A stretch of DNA of 64,000 bases. Origin: a virus (taxonomy: Duplodnaviria; Heunggongvirae; Uroviricota; Caudoviricetes). The notes beneath the pieces are model-generated. The model did no database searches. It was not told the origin of the DNA and saw only the letters and a program-made list of their open reading frames with translations. The position numbers were made by a program, and so were the translations under genes. Positions 47,247 to 56,659 of this stretch are shown here, one piece after another. The first letter of the stretch is position 1; the number at the start of each line of letters is the position of its first letter. The stretch is from the IMG/VR virus record IMGVR_UViG_3300032330_001609, positions 69,975-133,974 of that record; one strand, written 5' to 3'.

Positions 47247-47736
47247 AATAGTATCAGCATTTCCCGGATTAGGAAAAACTACCTATCATAAAAATAACCC
47301 TGATACCACTTTGGATTCCGATTCAAGTGGATTCAGTTGGGTTGTTGATGAGTATGGTAATAAAACAAGAAATCCTCACTTTCCACAGAATTACATAAAC
47401 CACATCAAAGAAAATATTGGGAAGTATAACCACATCTTTGTTTCTTCACATAAAGAAGTGAGAGATGCGTTATTAGACAATTGTCTTTTCTTCTATTTGG
47501 TTTATCCAAAGTACGATAGTAAAGAAGAGATGCTTCAACGATATAAAGATAGGGGTAATGATGAGAACTTTATTAAACTAGTTGATAATAATTGGGAAGA
47601 ATGGATTGATGAATTCATTTGGATGGATAGAGGTTGTGAGAAACTAACCGCTTATGAAGGTTGGTATTTGGAAGACGTATTAAATGCTCAAGAGGCAAGA
47701 GATTACGGAGAAGTATTAACGGAAGACGTGGAGTAA
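47236..47736 (+). CDS. Small P-loop protein (nucleotide-kinase-like)
   Basis: N-terminal IVSAFPGLGKTT Walker A. Confidence 0.65.
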   Translation: MRTKIVSAFPGLGKTTYHKNNPDTTLDSDSSGFSWVVDEYGNKTRNPHFPQNYINHIKENIGKYNHIFVSSHKEVRDALLDNCLFFYLVYPKYDSKEEMLQRYKDRGNDENFIKLVDNNWEEWIDEFIWMDRGCEKLTAYEGWYLEDVLNAQEARDYGEVLTEDVE

Positions 47737-47742
47737 CAAACA

Positions 47743-50109
47743 ATGGATTTATTTAATCCCCCCTTAGAATTTAATTATACAATAATGGAAGACATAAATA
47801 TTGTAAACTTGGATAATCCTTACCTACAGGTTGTGTGGGAGGATTATGCCGAGAATTTTACACAAGAAAAAATTAAGAGTGTTCGTCATTACTTTCAAAA
47901 GAAGTATGATACGACCAACGTCAATGTAATCACAAAGACAAAGGTTGCTCAGGACACCATACATACCGTAGACATATCCTTTAACATCTTGGATGAGAAT
48001 TACCAATTAGAGTTAGTTCGTTCATTCTTGGAGTCAAAAGGTAATATGGAACACTACGATGATATCTACCAACTTAATAGTGTGGTGGATAACAAATTGT
48101 TACAAGACCAAACTGATGCGACACCATTTAAGAGATGGTACATTAAGAACATAGAGTTCTCAAACTTCTTATCCTATGGTGAGAATCAGAAGATAGATTT
48201 TGAGAAGTGTGAAGGTATTACGGTTGTTGAGTCAAACCCACCTAACTTTGGGGGTAAGACGGTACTTACCGTGGATTTACTTATGTTCTTATTCTTTAAT
48301 GAGACAACCAAGACATCCAAAGCTGAGGAGATATTCAACAGATTCACTGAGAGAAATAAAGTAGCCGTAAAAGGTGAGATTATGATTGATGGTGAGGAGT
48401 ATATCTTACTGAGAAATATTGAGAGAAAGTTATCAAAGAAAAATGAATGGAATGTTAAGACCGAGTTGGACTTCTATAAGAGATTATCTGATGGTAGTTT
48501 ACAGAACTTCACCGGAGAACAACGAAGAGAGACCGAGGCGTTTATTAAAACATCTATTGGAACCAAAGAGGATTTCTTAATGACCATTCTAACAACAGCC
48601 ACCAACTTGGAAGAACTAATTGACTCTAAACCTACGGCAAGGGGTCAAGTTCTTTCAAGATTTATGGGATTGGATTTTCTTAAACGTAAGGAAGAAGCAG
48701 CCAAAGAAATTTATAGTGACTTCTCCAAAGGTATGTTATCAAACATTTATAGTTCGGAACAACTTAAAACGGATAACCAAACTAGTAAGGAAACAATTGA
48801 TACTCTAACTGAAACTAATCTAACGTTAGATACTCAGTTAGAAGACGCCAAAAATAGAATTACCAAAGGTCAGGAATATCGTGATGGGTTGTTGAAGTCC
48901 AAACACAATATAGATAATGACTTGATATCTGTTTCTCCGGACAAAGTTCAAGAGGAGATAAATACATTAGGTTTTAATAAATCCAAAGCCATTTCAGATA
49001 GAGATGGTGTTAAGGTTGTTGAACCATCTGAGTTTTATCACGAAGACCAACACGACAAAGTTAAACAGGGGATTAAAGATTTAATGACCCAACAAGCGGA
49101 GAACAACGCCAAGATTAAAAGTATTGAGGAGTTGAAGAGTTCTGTTGATGGTGGAATCAAATGTGAACACTGTGGTATTGAACTGATGAATGCTGCGATT
49201 ACCAATGCAAAAATTGGGGAGCTTGCCGGTTTTATCACGCATAAAGGTCAATTAGAGGGGTTAATGCAGGATTTAACCAGCAAAGAACAAGGTTTTGTGA
49301 ATCTTAAAAAAGAGTTTGATGAGTATGAGAAAAACAAACTTATCAGAGAGAAATACGAATTAAGTATTGAAAGTTTCCAATTGAAGATTGACGCGTTAAA
49401 AACCAAATTGGATAGATACTCGGAGGTTCAGGATAAAATTGCGGAGAACAATAAAACTGATGGGTTATTGATTAAAGCTAAATTGAGGTTGGATGAACTT
49501 GAAGGTGAGAAGAAAACTATTGAAAAAAGTATTTCAGACAACACATTCCAAATAACAACTCTTAATACTAAGATTGAATCCAACTTGGAAACAATTAGAA
49601 AGATTGCTGAAGAGGCTGAGAAGGAAAGAATCTACAAAATCTATTTGGAAATCTTCGGTAAGAATGGTATTACCAAACTTATTATGAAAACGATGATGCC
49701 ACTTATTAATAGTGAACTTCAAAGGTTATTGGAAGATAGTTGTCACTTCAGATTGGAAGTTAGAATTAACGACAAGAATGAGGTTGATTTCTTAATGATT
49801 GATAACAACACTCAGGTTGAGAAACCGATGTCATCCGGTTCCGGGTATGAAAGAACAATTGCCTCACTAGCGTTGAGAGCGGTGTTAAGTAAAATCTGTT
49901 CATTACCAAGAGCGAATGTTGTGGTGTTTGATGAGGTATTTGGTAAGATTTCCAACGATAACTTGGAGATGGTATCAGAGTTCTTTACGAAGATAAAAGA
50001 ATATTTTGAAAAGATATTTGTTATTACACATAACCCACTAGTAACAAATTGGGCGGATAATGTTGTGAGAATCAGAAAAGAAGAAAATATTAGTTATGTT
50101 TCCCAATAA
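47743..50109 (+). CDS. sbcC: Rad50/SbcC-like SMC ATPase with ~125-aa N-terminal extension
   Basis: IKNIEFSNFLSYG, NFGGKT, zinc hook CEHC, signature MSSGSGYE, Walker B VVVFDE, ITH switch. Confidence 0.9.
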   Translation: MDLFNPPLEFNYTIMEDINIVNLDNPYLQVVWEDYAENFTQEKIKSVRHYFQKKYDTTNVNVITKTKVAQDTIHTVDISFNILDENYQLELVRSFLESKGNMEHYDDIYQLNSVVDNKLLQDQTDATPFKRWYIKNIEFSNFLSYGENQKIDFEKCEGITVVESNPPNFGGKTVLTVDLLMFLFFNETTKTSKAEEIFNRFTERNKVAVKGEIMIDGEEYILLRNIERKLSKKNEWNVKTELDFYKRLSDGSLQNFTGEQRRETEAFIKTSIGTKEDFLMTILTTATNLEELIDSKPTARGQVLSRFMGLDFLKRKEEAAKEIYSDFSKGMLSNIYSSEQLKTDNQTSKETIDTLTETNLTLDTQLEDAKNRITKGQEYRDGLLKSKHNIDNDLISVSPDKVQEEINTLGFNKSKAISDRDGVKVVEPSEFYHEDQHDKVKQGIKDLMTQQAENNAKIKSIEELKSSVDGGIKCEHCGIELMNAAITNAKIGELAGFITHKGQLEGLMQDLTSKEQGFVNLKKEFDEYEKNKLIREKYELSIESFQLKIDALKTKLDRYSEVQDKIAENNKTDGLLIKAKLRLDELEGEKKTIEKSISDNTFQITTLNTKIESNLETIRKIAEEAEKERIYKIYLEIFGKNGITKLIMKTMMPLINSELQRLLEDSCHFRLEVRINDKNEVDFLMIDNNTQVEKPMSSGSGYERTIASLALRAVLSKICSLPRANVVVFDEVFGKISNDNLEMVSEFFTKIKEYFEKIFVITHNPLVTNWADNVVRIRKEENISYVSQ

Positions 50110-50139
50110 AATTATTTTATATTTTAATCACTTGGTTTC

Positions 50140-50170
50140 TTGACTATGCGATATATTTATATTATATTTA
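50140..50170 (+). promoter_or_regulatory. Candidate promoter of the R-M module
   Basis: TTG-N20-TATATTTA, with a TATTTAT copy at 50154 in the spacer. Confidence 0.45.
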
Positions 50171-50189
50171 AAATATAAAATTAAAAAAA

Positions 50190-51935
50190 ATGAAAAAATT
50201 AGAAAAATCTACCGACTTAATTGTTTATGACCATTTTAGAAAATATTCTGAAGAGATAATTATTGAACCAAAAAAATCAGAAAATTTTAGAATACAAAAT
50301 ATTTTAACAACATCTTCTAAAAAAGGAACTGATAAAGTTGGTTTTCCTGAATATATTATTTCTTTTAAAAATCATCCTAATTTTATTTTAGTTATTGAGG
50401 ATAAAAAAGATAGAATATTACATCAAAGTACTAAATTAAACCAACCAATAAAATATGCGGTTGATGGGGCGATTCATTATGGTAAAAAATTATCAAAAGA
50501 ATTTGATGTTATTTCTATTGGTATTAGTGGTATATCTGAAAATGAATTATTAGTTACTCATCATCTACATTTAAAAGGGTCTACTGAGATAATTAAACTA
50601 GAATTTAATGAACTAAAAACTCCGAAAGAATATATTAAATTTTATGAAACAGATGATAGAAAAAATCGTCAAGATTTTGAAAATCTTCTTAAATTTTCCG
50701 ATAATCTAAACATAGAATTATTTAAGACTTATAAAATTAAGGAAGATGAAAGAGCTATTCTTGTTGCGGCAATATTAGTTAGTTTAAAGAATCAAGGTTT
50801 TAGAAATTCATATAAAATTTCAACGATGTCAAGTGAGTTATGTGAGAATATTTCCAATGCGGTTAGAACTGAATTACGAAAAAAATTACTTAATGAAAAT
50901 TATGTAAATATGGTATTGAGACATTTAGATTTTATATGTTTATCACCTAAATTCAGACAAGACATTAATTTACTTAAAAAATTAATTTATGATATTGATG
51001 AAAATGTTAACTGTTATATTGTAAATACACAGTTTCAAGATGTTTTAGGTAGTTTATACGTTAAGTTTCTTGAAAAGGCTAATGGGGACAGACAACTTGG
51101 TATTGTTCTAACACCTGAACATATTACTAAATTTATGTGTAGGTTATGTGAATTAACTGATGAATCTTTATTATTTGATAATTGTTCAGGAACCGGTGGA
51201 TTTTTATTATCGGGTTCAAAATTTAATTCAAAGGTTACTGGAATTGAATATGAACCAAAAATGTTTACTCTTATGGTTTTAAATATGATGATTCATAATT
51301 TACCATTAAATAATATATGGCAAGGTGATTCATTAGTTGATGAAAGTATTTTATCTGAGATACAAGATTTAAAACCAAATGCCGGAATTTTAAATCCCCC
51401 TTATGATGGGAGAGAGTGGGAATTTATAGAAAAAAATATTAGTAGACTCCAAAAAAAATCAAAATGTGTTGCAATCGTACCTATGTCTTTAGTGACTTCA
51501 AATGAGATTAAAAACTTAGAAAATAAAAAAAGAATACTTGAAAATCATACATTAGAGGCGGTATTTTCAATGCCAAATGAATTATTTTTTAATTCAAATA
51601 CTTCAGTTGTAACTTGTATCATTGTCTTGACGGCACATATTCCACATTCGGAGGATAAAGAAGTTTTTTTTGGGTATTATAAAGATGATGGGTTTGAAAA
51701 AAGAAAAAAATACGGGAGATACGATATAAATTCTCAATGGAAAGAAAAAGAAAATGATTGGTTTTGGACTTATAAAAATGGACAAAGTAAACCCGAATTT
51801 AGTGTTACTAAAAAAATTACATATGAAGATGAGTGGTGTGCGGAATATTTTTTAGAAGTTGATTATAGTACAATTACTTCTGAAGACTTTGTTAAAATGT
51901 TAAAAAAATACGCAGCTTTTAAAATTATTAACTAA
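50190..51935 (+). CDS. Type IIB (BcgI-like) fused endonuclease / N6-adenine methyltransferase subunit
   Basis: N-terminal PE(54)...EDK(70-72) nuclease motif; YAVDGAIHY; GIVLTPEHI; motif I DNCSGTGGFL; motif IV NPPY. Confidence 0.8.
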   Translation: MKKLEKSTDLIVYDHFRKYSEEIIIEPKKSENFRIQNILTTSSKKGTDKVGFPEYIISFKNHPNFILVIEDKKDRILHQSTKLNQPIKYAVDGAIHYGKKLSKEFDVISIGISGISENELLVTHHLHLKGSTEIIKLEFNELKTPKEYIKFYETDDRKNRQDFENLLKFSDNLNIELFKTYKIKEDERAILVAAILVSLKNQGFRNSYKISTMSSELCENISNAVRTELRKKLLNENYVNMVLRHLDFICLSPKFRQDINLLKKLIYDIDENVNCYIVNTQFQDVLGSLYVKFLEKANGDRQLGIVLTPEHITKFMCRLCELTDESLLFDNCSGTGGFLLSGSKFNSKVTGIEYEPKMFTLMVLNMMIHNLPLNNIWQGDSLVDESILSEIQDLKPNAGILNPPYDGREWEFIEKNISRLQKKSKCVAIVPMSLVTSNEIKNLENKKRILENHTLEAVFSMPNELFFNSNTSVVTCIIVLTAHIPHSEDKEVFFGYYKDDGFEKRKKYGRYDINSQWKEKENDWFWTYKNGQSKPEFSVTKKITYEDEWCAEYFLEVDYSTITSEDFVKMLKKYAAFKIIN

Positions 51936-51936
51936 T

Positions 51937-52881
51937 ATGGAAAAATTATCTGAAATATTTGATATTGTTTATGGAAATCAATTTGATTTAAACAAAATGT
52001 CGGTTAGTAATGACTCATCTATTAATTTTGTTAGTAGAGGTGCAACAAATTTAGGTGTTGTTAGTAAAGTTGATAGGTTTAATGATAAAGAACCATTTCC
52101 TGCTGGATGTATTACAGTTGCATTAGGTGGGTCTGTATTAAGTTCATTTGTTCAAACTAACGAATTTTATACCGGTCAGAATATAAAGGTTCTAAAACCT
52201 AAATCAAAAATGAGTTTTGAATTATTAGTTTATTATGCGTTATGTATTGAGAAAAATAAATTTAGATATTCATCTCACGGTAGAGAAGCTAACGTTACTT
52301 TAAATGATATTATAGTACCTACTTGTAATGAAATTCCATTTGACCGTAATTTTAACATTGAAACTGAGATTGATAATTTAAAAACACCTAAAAACAATAA
52401 TCAAATATCGTTAAACAATATTGTATTTAAAAATTTTTTAATTAAAGATATATTTGAAGTTACAGGAACAAAAACAACCCCAAAACAACAACTAATTAAA
52501 ATTGGTAAAGGTGAATATCCTTATATTACAACATCTAGTAAAAATTTTGGACAAAATGGTAAGTTTAATTATTTTACGGAGAATGGTCACGTATTAACAA
52601 TAGAATCCGCAGTAAATGGTGTTTGTTTTTATCAAGAAAACAATTTTTCAGCTAGTGACCACGTTGAAAAATTAACATCAAAATATGAAGTAAGTAAAGA
52701 ATTTTTGATTTATGTTTCAGTATTGGTTAATAAACAAACATTTAGATTTAATTACGGTAGAAAGGCAAATCAAGATAGAATAAAAAATATGGTAATTAGT
52801 CTTCCGGTGATTAACGATGATATTAATTATGAATTTGTTGATAATTTTATTGGTTCTTTAGATTATTCAGGTCAAATTTAA
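51937..52881 (+). CDS. Specificity subunit with two target-recognition domains (HsdS/BcgIB-like)
   Basis: Two similar halves starting KLSEIFDIVYG and LIKDIFEVTG, each ending in a YGRxAN-like motif. Confidence 0.82.
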   Translation: MEKLSEIFDIVYGNQFDLNKMSVSNDSSINFVSRGATNLGVVSKVDRFNDKEPFPAGCITVALGGSVLSSFVQTNEFYTGQNIKVLKPKSKMSFELLVYYALCIEKNKFRYSSHGREANVTLNDIIVPTCNEIPFDRNFNIETEIDNLKTPKNNNQISLNNIVFKNFLIKDIFEVTGTKTTPKQQLIKIGKGEYPYITTSSKNFGQNGKFNYFTENGHVLTIESAVNGVCFYQENNFSASDHVEKLTSKYEVSKEFLIYVSVLVNKQTFRFNYGRKANQDRIKNMVISLPVINDDINYEFVDNFIGSLDYSGQI

Positions 52882-52906
52882 TTGAATCTTAAAATATGAT
52901 TATACT

Positions 52907-52938
52907 TTTGAATAAGTAAAAAAAATATATTATCTTTG
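52907..52938 (+). promoter_or_regulatory. Bacteroidota-type housekeeping promoter driving the sigma operon
   Basis: TTTG-N20-TATCTTTG, exact -33/-7 consensus. Confidence 0.75.
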
Positions 52939-52969
52939 TAACTTAATTTAATAATTAAACGTATAACCT

Positions 52970-53530
52970 ATGAATGAATTAACCAAATACATTTTATTTG
53001 TATTTACCAAGAATGACAACCCCCAAGAATTCACAGAACAGATTGCTGAAGAGTTAAGTATTTTATCGGACACCCCAAATCTAAATTATTATTATGGTCC
53101 GGAATCATCAGTTTTTACTATTTCAACCTTAGACAAATTTGAGGATGTTAAAGATTATGTTGAGATGGTGTTAGGTGTTGATAACATAACTTATGTTTTA
53201 TTACCTTATACACCTGACAATATGTCATTTAATTTACCATCAGAAGTTGCTGAACATTTGTTTAACGATGGTGTTTGTGACTATATGTCAGGAAAAAGTG
53301 GAAAATCTGATGAAAAAGAGATTGAGGTACGAAATATGTTAAGAGACAAGATTCGTGATGAATTCTTATCGGGTTTACATTGGGTGGATATTGATGATTT
53401 TCCTGAAGAACTGATAATTAAAAATAAAAAAACCCCTACCTTTGACGAACTATTTGAAAAGATAGCTGAGTCGGGTATTGAATCGTTGACCCCCGAAGAA
53501 TTAGTAACACTTAACCAATATTCTAAATAA
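52970..53530 (+). CDS. Hypothetical protein with a C-terminal DUF6576-like helical motif
   Basis: FDELFEKIAESGIESLTPEELVTL. Confidence 0.6.
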   Translation: MNELTKYILFVFTKNDNPQEFTEQIAEELSILSDTPNLNYYYGPESSVFTISTLDKFEDVKDYVEMVLGVDNITYVLLPYTPDNMSFNLPSEVAEHLFNDGVCDYMSGKSGKSDEKEIEVRNMLRDKIRDEFLSGLHWVDIDDFPEELIIKNKKTPTFDELFEKIAESGIESLTPEELVTLNQYSK

Positions 53531-53535
53531 AAAAA

Positions 53536-54336
53536 ATGAAAGAGAAAAGTAGCGGAATCCCAATTAATCAAGATGAAATTCAAATGTATTTGAAAGATAT
53601 GCGAAAGATTAAAGTGATGACTCCGGAAAGAGAGAGAGAACTTGCTTTACTAATGAATTCTAATGAAATTAGTGATGCGAGGAGAAAGCAAATTGAAAAA
53701 GAACTTATTGAGGGTAACTTACGTTTTGTAATTACGGTGGCAAAAGGGTATCAAAATCAAGGATTGGATTTCCCTGATTTAATTGCTGAAGGTAATTTAG
53801 GGTTGATGAAAGCCATTCAAAATTTTGATTGGTCCAAGAACCTTAGATTTATTTCCTATGCGGTATGGTGGGTTAAACAATCCATCCTTCAATCGTTAAA
53901 TGATAACGCTCGTACCATACGACTACCTGTTAATGTTGTTCAGGATTTACAGAGAGCTAAGAAAGAAATTGAGTCTAACGGTGGTAAGTTAGATGACAGA
54001 TTTCAAAACCTACCTTCAATGATTGATTTGGATATGAACATCAATGAGGATGGTGATACGTTAGTTGATGTTATTGTAAACAAAAATGCTGATATGCCAG
54101 ATGAATCATTCAACTCAGGTGATATGTTAAAGATTAAATTATTGAATCTATTACATATCTTAGATGAAAGGGAAAAGGTTATCATTGAGGATTATTTTGG
54201 GTTGTCCGGGACACCAAGAACCCTTGAAGATATTGGTGGTGACTTCGCCTTAACCAAAGAGAGAGTTCGTCAAATTAAGGAGAAGGCACTCCGGAAATTG
54301 AGGAACGAAAGTTCGATATTGTTTGAATATATGTAA
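53536..54336 (+). CDS. RNA polymerase sigma factor, RpoD-like (Bacteroidota type)
   Basis: Region 1.2 YLKDMRKI; region 2 GNLRFVITVAKGY...DLIAEGNLGLMKA...FISYAVWWVKQSI; region 4.2 TLEDIG...LTKERVRQIKEKALRKLR. Confidence 0.93.
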   Translation: MKEKSSGIPINQDEIQMYLKDMRKIKVMTPERERELALLMNSNEISDARRKQIEKELIEGNLRFVITVAKGYQNQGLDFPDLIAEGNLGLMKAIQNFDWSKNLRFISYAVWWVKQSILQSLNDNARTIRLPVNVVQDLQRAKKEIESNGGKLDDRFQNLPSMIDLDMNINEDGDTLVDVIVNKNADMPDESFNSGDMLKIKLLNLLHILDEREKVIIEDYFGLSGTPRTLEDIGGDFALTKERVRQIKEKALRKLRNESSILFEYM

Positions 54337-54343
54337 AAACTTC

Positions 54344-54377
54344 AAAACCTTCTATTTATTATGATAGAAGGTTTTTT
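54344..54377 (+). terminator. Intrinsic terminator after the sigma gene, overlapping a TATTTAT motif (54353-54359)
   Basis: AAAACCTTCTAT/ATAGAAGGTTTT 12-bp stem, 8-nt loop, T run. Confidence 0.75.
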
Positions 54378-54407
54378 ACTTTTATGATAAAACTAATACA
54401 AAAAATT

Positions 54408-54680
54408 ATGAAAGCAATATTAAATTTTATTGATGCGTGGGGAGTTAGAATAATGTTCTTCCTTGTTATTATCACATTCTTCAAAACTTGTAGTACCAAC
54501 TCAAGAATCCAAGATGTTAATGATAGTGTTGATTCCCTATCTGTTAAACTTCGTAGAGAAATAAAAATTGAAGGTCTTAAATCAGAGAAAAGAGCTATTC
54601 AGGCATCTGACAGAAAAATCTTAGATGTTAATAGACAAACTGAGATTGACCAAGAAATAAATAAATTAACAAATGATTAA
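54408..54680 (+). CDS. Small membrane-anchored coiled-coil protein (possible lipoprotein / spanin-like)
   Basis: Hydrophobic IMFFLVIITFF followed by KTC and a helical tail; alternative ATG at 54384. Confidence 0.6.
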   Translation: MKAILNFIDAWGVRIMFFLVIITFFKTCSTNSRIQDVNDSVDSLSVKLRREIKIEGLKSEKRAIQASDRKILDVNRQTEIDQEINKLTND

Positions 54681-55461
54681 GTCATTATGGGCATCCATTA
54701 AGGAACACCCAAATAGAGCGATGTTCTTGGTACCAATTTTATTGGTTGCCGGGATATCAATATCACACGTTGTCTCTTGGTATAACTTAGCTAACCCAAT
54801 CAGTTGGGCGATATACTTATCCATTGCGATTGAAATTGGTGCAATGACCGCATTGGTTGCTGCAACAAATAAAATTAAAGGTGGTGTATGGTTTATGTTT
54901 GGTATTATTACCTTCATCCAAATGATAGGTAATATCTTCTTTTCATATAAAGAGATTGATGCTAACGGAGAACTATTCAAATCGTGGATGGAACTAACCG
55001 GACCGGTGTGGGAAATGTTAGGTTCTAAAGCTAACGATGTTATCGCAATGAAACGATGGTTGGCCTTCTTAGAGGGAGGATTACTTCCGGTTATCTCATT
55101 AACATCCTTACACTTCTTCACTAAATACGATGATGGAAAATCAGGTACAACTGAGGTAAAAGAGGTTATCAAAGAAGTTATTGTGGAAAAAGAGGTGATT
55201 AAAGAAGTTCCGGTTGAAGTGGAAAAGATTGTTGAGGTAATCAAAGAAGTTCCGGTTATTGAAGAAGTGATTGTAGAAAAAATTGTTGAAGTACCTGTAT
55301 TCCAACCACAACCAATTGAGGAGGACTATGTTGAACCTGTTAAAATTTCAGATTTAGAGGAAGAAACAACCCCTGAGGAAAATGATTATGTTAGTTCGGG
55401 AATGGATACCCACGAACCACCAAGATTAAATAGATTGAGTTACGTTAAACCACAATCATAA
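54673..55461 (+). CDS. Four-TM membrane protein with EVIKEV repeat tail (holin candidate)
   Basis: Four hydrophobic segments in aa ~15-150; repeat tail; directly upstream of the amidase. Confidence 0.6.
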   Translation: MIKSLWASIKEHPNRAMFLVPILLVAGISISHVVSWYNLANPISWAIYLSIAIEIGAMTALVAATNKIKGGVWFMFGIITFIQMIGNIFFSYKEIDANGELFKSWMELTGPVWEMLGSKANDVIAMKRWLAFLEGGLLPVISLTSLHFFTKYDDGKSGTTEVKEVIKEVIVEKEVIKEVPVEVEKIVEVIKEVPVIEEVIVEKIVEVPVFQPQPIEEDYVEPVKISDLEEETTPEENDYVSSGMDTHEPPRLNRLSYVKPQS

Positions 55462-55479
55462 AACATTAATTTATGTGGA

Positions 55480-56088
55480 ATGATAGACATAATAAAATAT
55501 GGTGACTTCAAACCATTAGGTAAACAAAAGAAAAAACGTCAAATAATACTTACTCACACTTCAAGAAACGTGAGTGAGTATTTAATGATGTTAAAATATC
55601 GTTACAATGGGAAATTTAAGAGAATCCCAAACTACATTGTAACAAGAGATGGGGAAATTCTCAAACTTTTAGAGAATAATGAACACACCGAATTTTTCCC
55701 GGATACAAACATTGATAGAAATTCAATAATAATTAGTTTAGAAAATTTAGGGTGGTTACAAAAAGAACCACTAACCGACCATTACATTAACTGGATAGGT
55801 GATATTTATAATGGTAAGGTGTTTGAAAGAAAGTGGAGAGAATACTTCTTTTGGCAACCTTATACAGATAAACAACTTGATTCAACCGCATTATTGTGTA
55901 ATAAATTGTTTGATGAATTATCAATTAAACGTCAAATAATAGAACATAACACTAAAATTGCCGGTATTGAAAAATATGAAGGAGTTGTGACTAAAAGTAA
56001 TTTTGATTCTCAATTTACTGATTTAAGTCCGGCTTTCAAATTTGATGAATTATTAAAAAAAATAGAATATGAACAATTCACACGATGA
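55480..56088 (+). CDS. N-acetylmuramoyl-L-alanine amidase (Amidase_2), putative endolysin
   Basis: IILTHTS, NYIVTRDGEI, ISLEN, YTDKQLDS, IIEH, TDLSP motifs. Confidence 0.82.
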   Translation: MIDIIKYGDFKPLGKQKKKRQIILTHTSRNVSEYLMMLKYRYNGKFKRIPNYIVTRDGEILKLLENNEHTEFFPDTNIDRNSIIISLENLGWLQKEPLTDHYINWIGDIYNGKVFERKWREYFFWQPYTDKQLDSTALLCNKLFDELSIKRQIIEHNTKIAGIEKYEGVVTKSNFDSQFTDLSPAFKFDELLKKIEYEQFTR

Positions 56089-56659
56089 AATTAAACAATT
56101 ATTAAACGCGTCAAGAAGACTATTAGGTGATGATACGGTTAATGAAGATATCAGAAGACAATATAAATTATTGACTGAGCAAGATGTTGCGGATAACACA
56201 GTTACTACAAAATATGATGTTGCTCAATCAGTTGAAGATGAGATTGAGGATGATACCGAGTCTAATGATGATAAATCACAAGCATATAGAATCTCAGGTG
56301 GTATATTAGTATTACACGGTAAAGAACAAACTGATTTGGAATTAACTACCGATGAGAAAATTGCGTTCCAAGAAACTATGGATGAATTTATTAATGAAGT
56401 TTCTGACTTGGTGGATTTTAATAAATTAAATTTATATCCAAATAATGTTGAATGGTCCGGAAAAATCATTGATTTTGATATAGACTTCCTTTTTTCAATT
56501 GGCGAAGAAAGTGGTATCTACATTAATGGTGATATGATAAAAACAGATGATGAATTTTTAAGTATGATTACTAAATTAAAATCTTATTATGAAAAGTTCA
56601 AATCAAAATGGTCAAAAGTTTTGGCTTCAAGAAAGAAAACAATTAAATCGGGGGAGTAA
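56069..56659 (+). CDS. Acidic hypothetical protein, 196 aa
   Basis: Tiles the operon; N-terminal DEIKQLL..SRRLL...LTEQ motif. Confidence 0.75.
   Translation: MNNSHDEIKQLLNASRRLLGDDTVNEDIRRQYKLLTEQDVADNTVTTKYDVAQSVEDEIEDDTESNDDKSQAYRISGGILVLHGKEQTDLELTTDEKIAFQETMDEFINEVSDLVDFNKLNLYPNNVEWSGKIIDFDIDFLFSIGEESGIYINGDMIKTDDEFLSMITKLKSYYEKFKSKWSKVLASRKKTIKSGE

Noticed and set aside
50110-52969. Mobile element carrying the R-M pair
   Set aside because: No integrase or transposase and no flanking direct or inverted repeats found; only the AT-richer composition hints at recent acquisition
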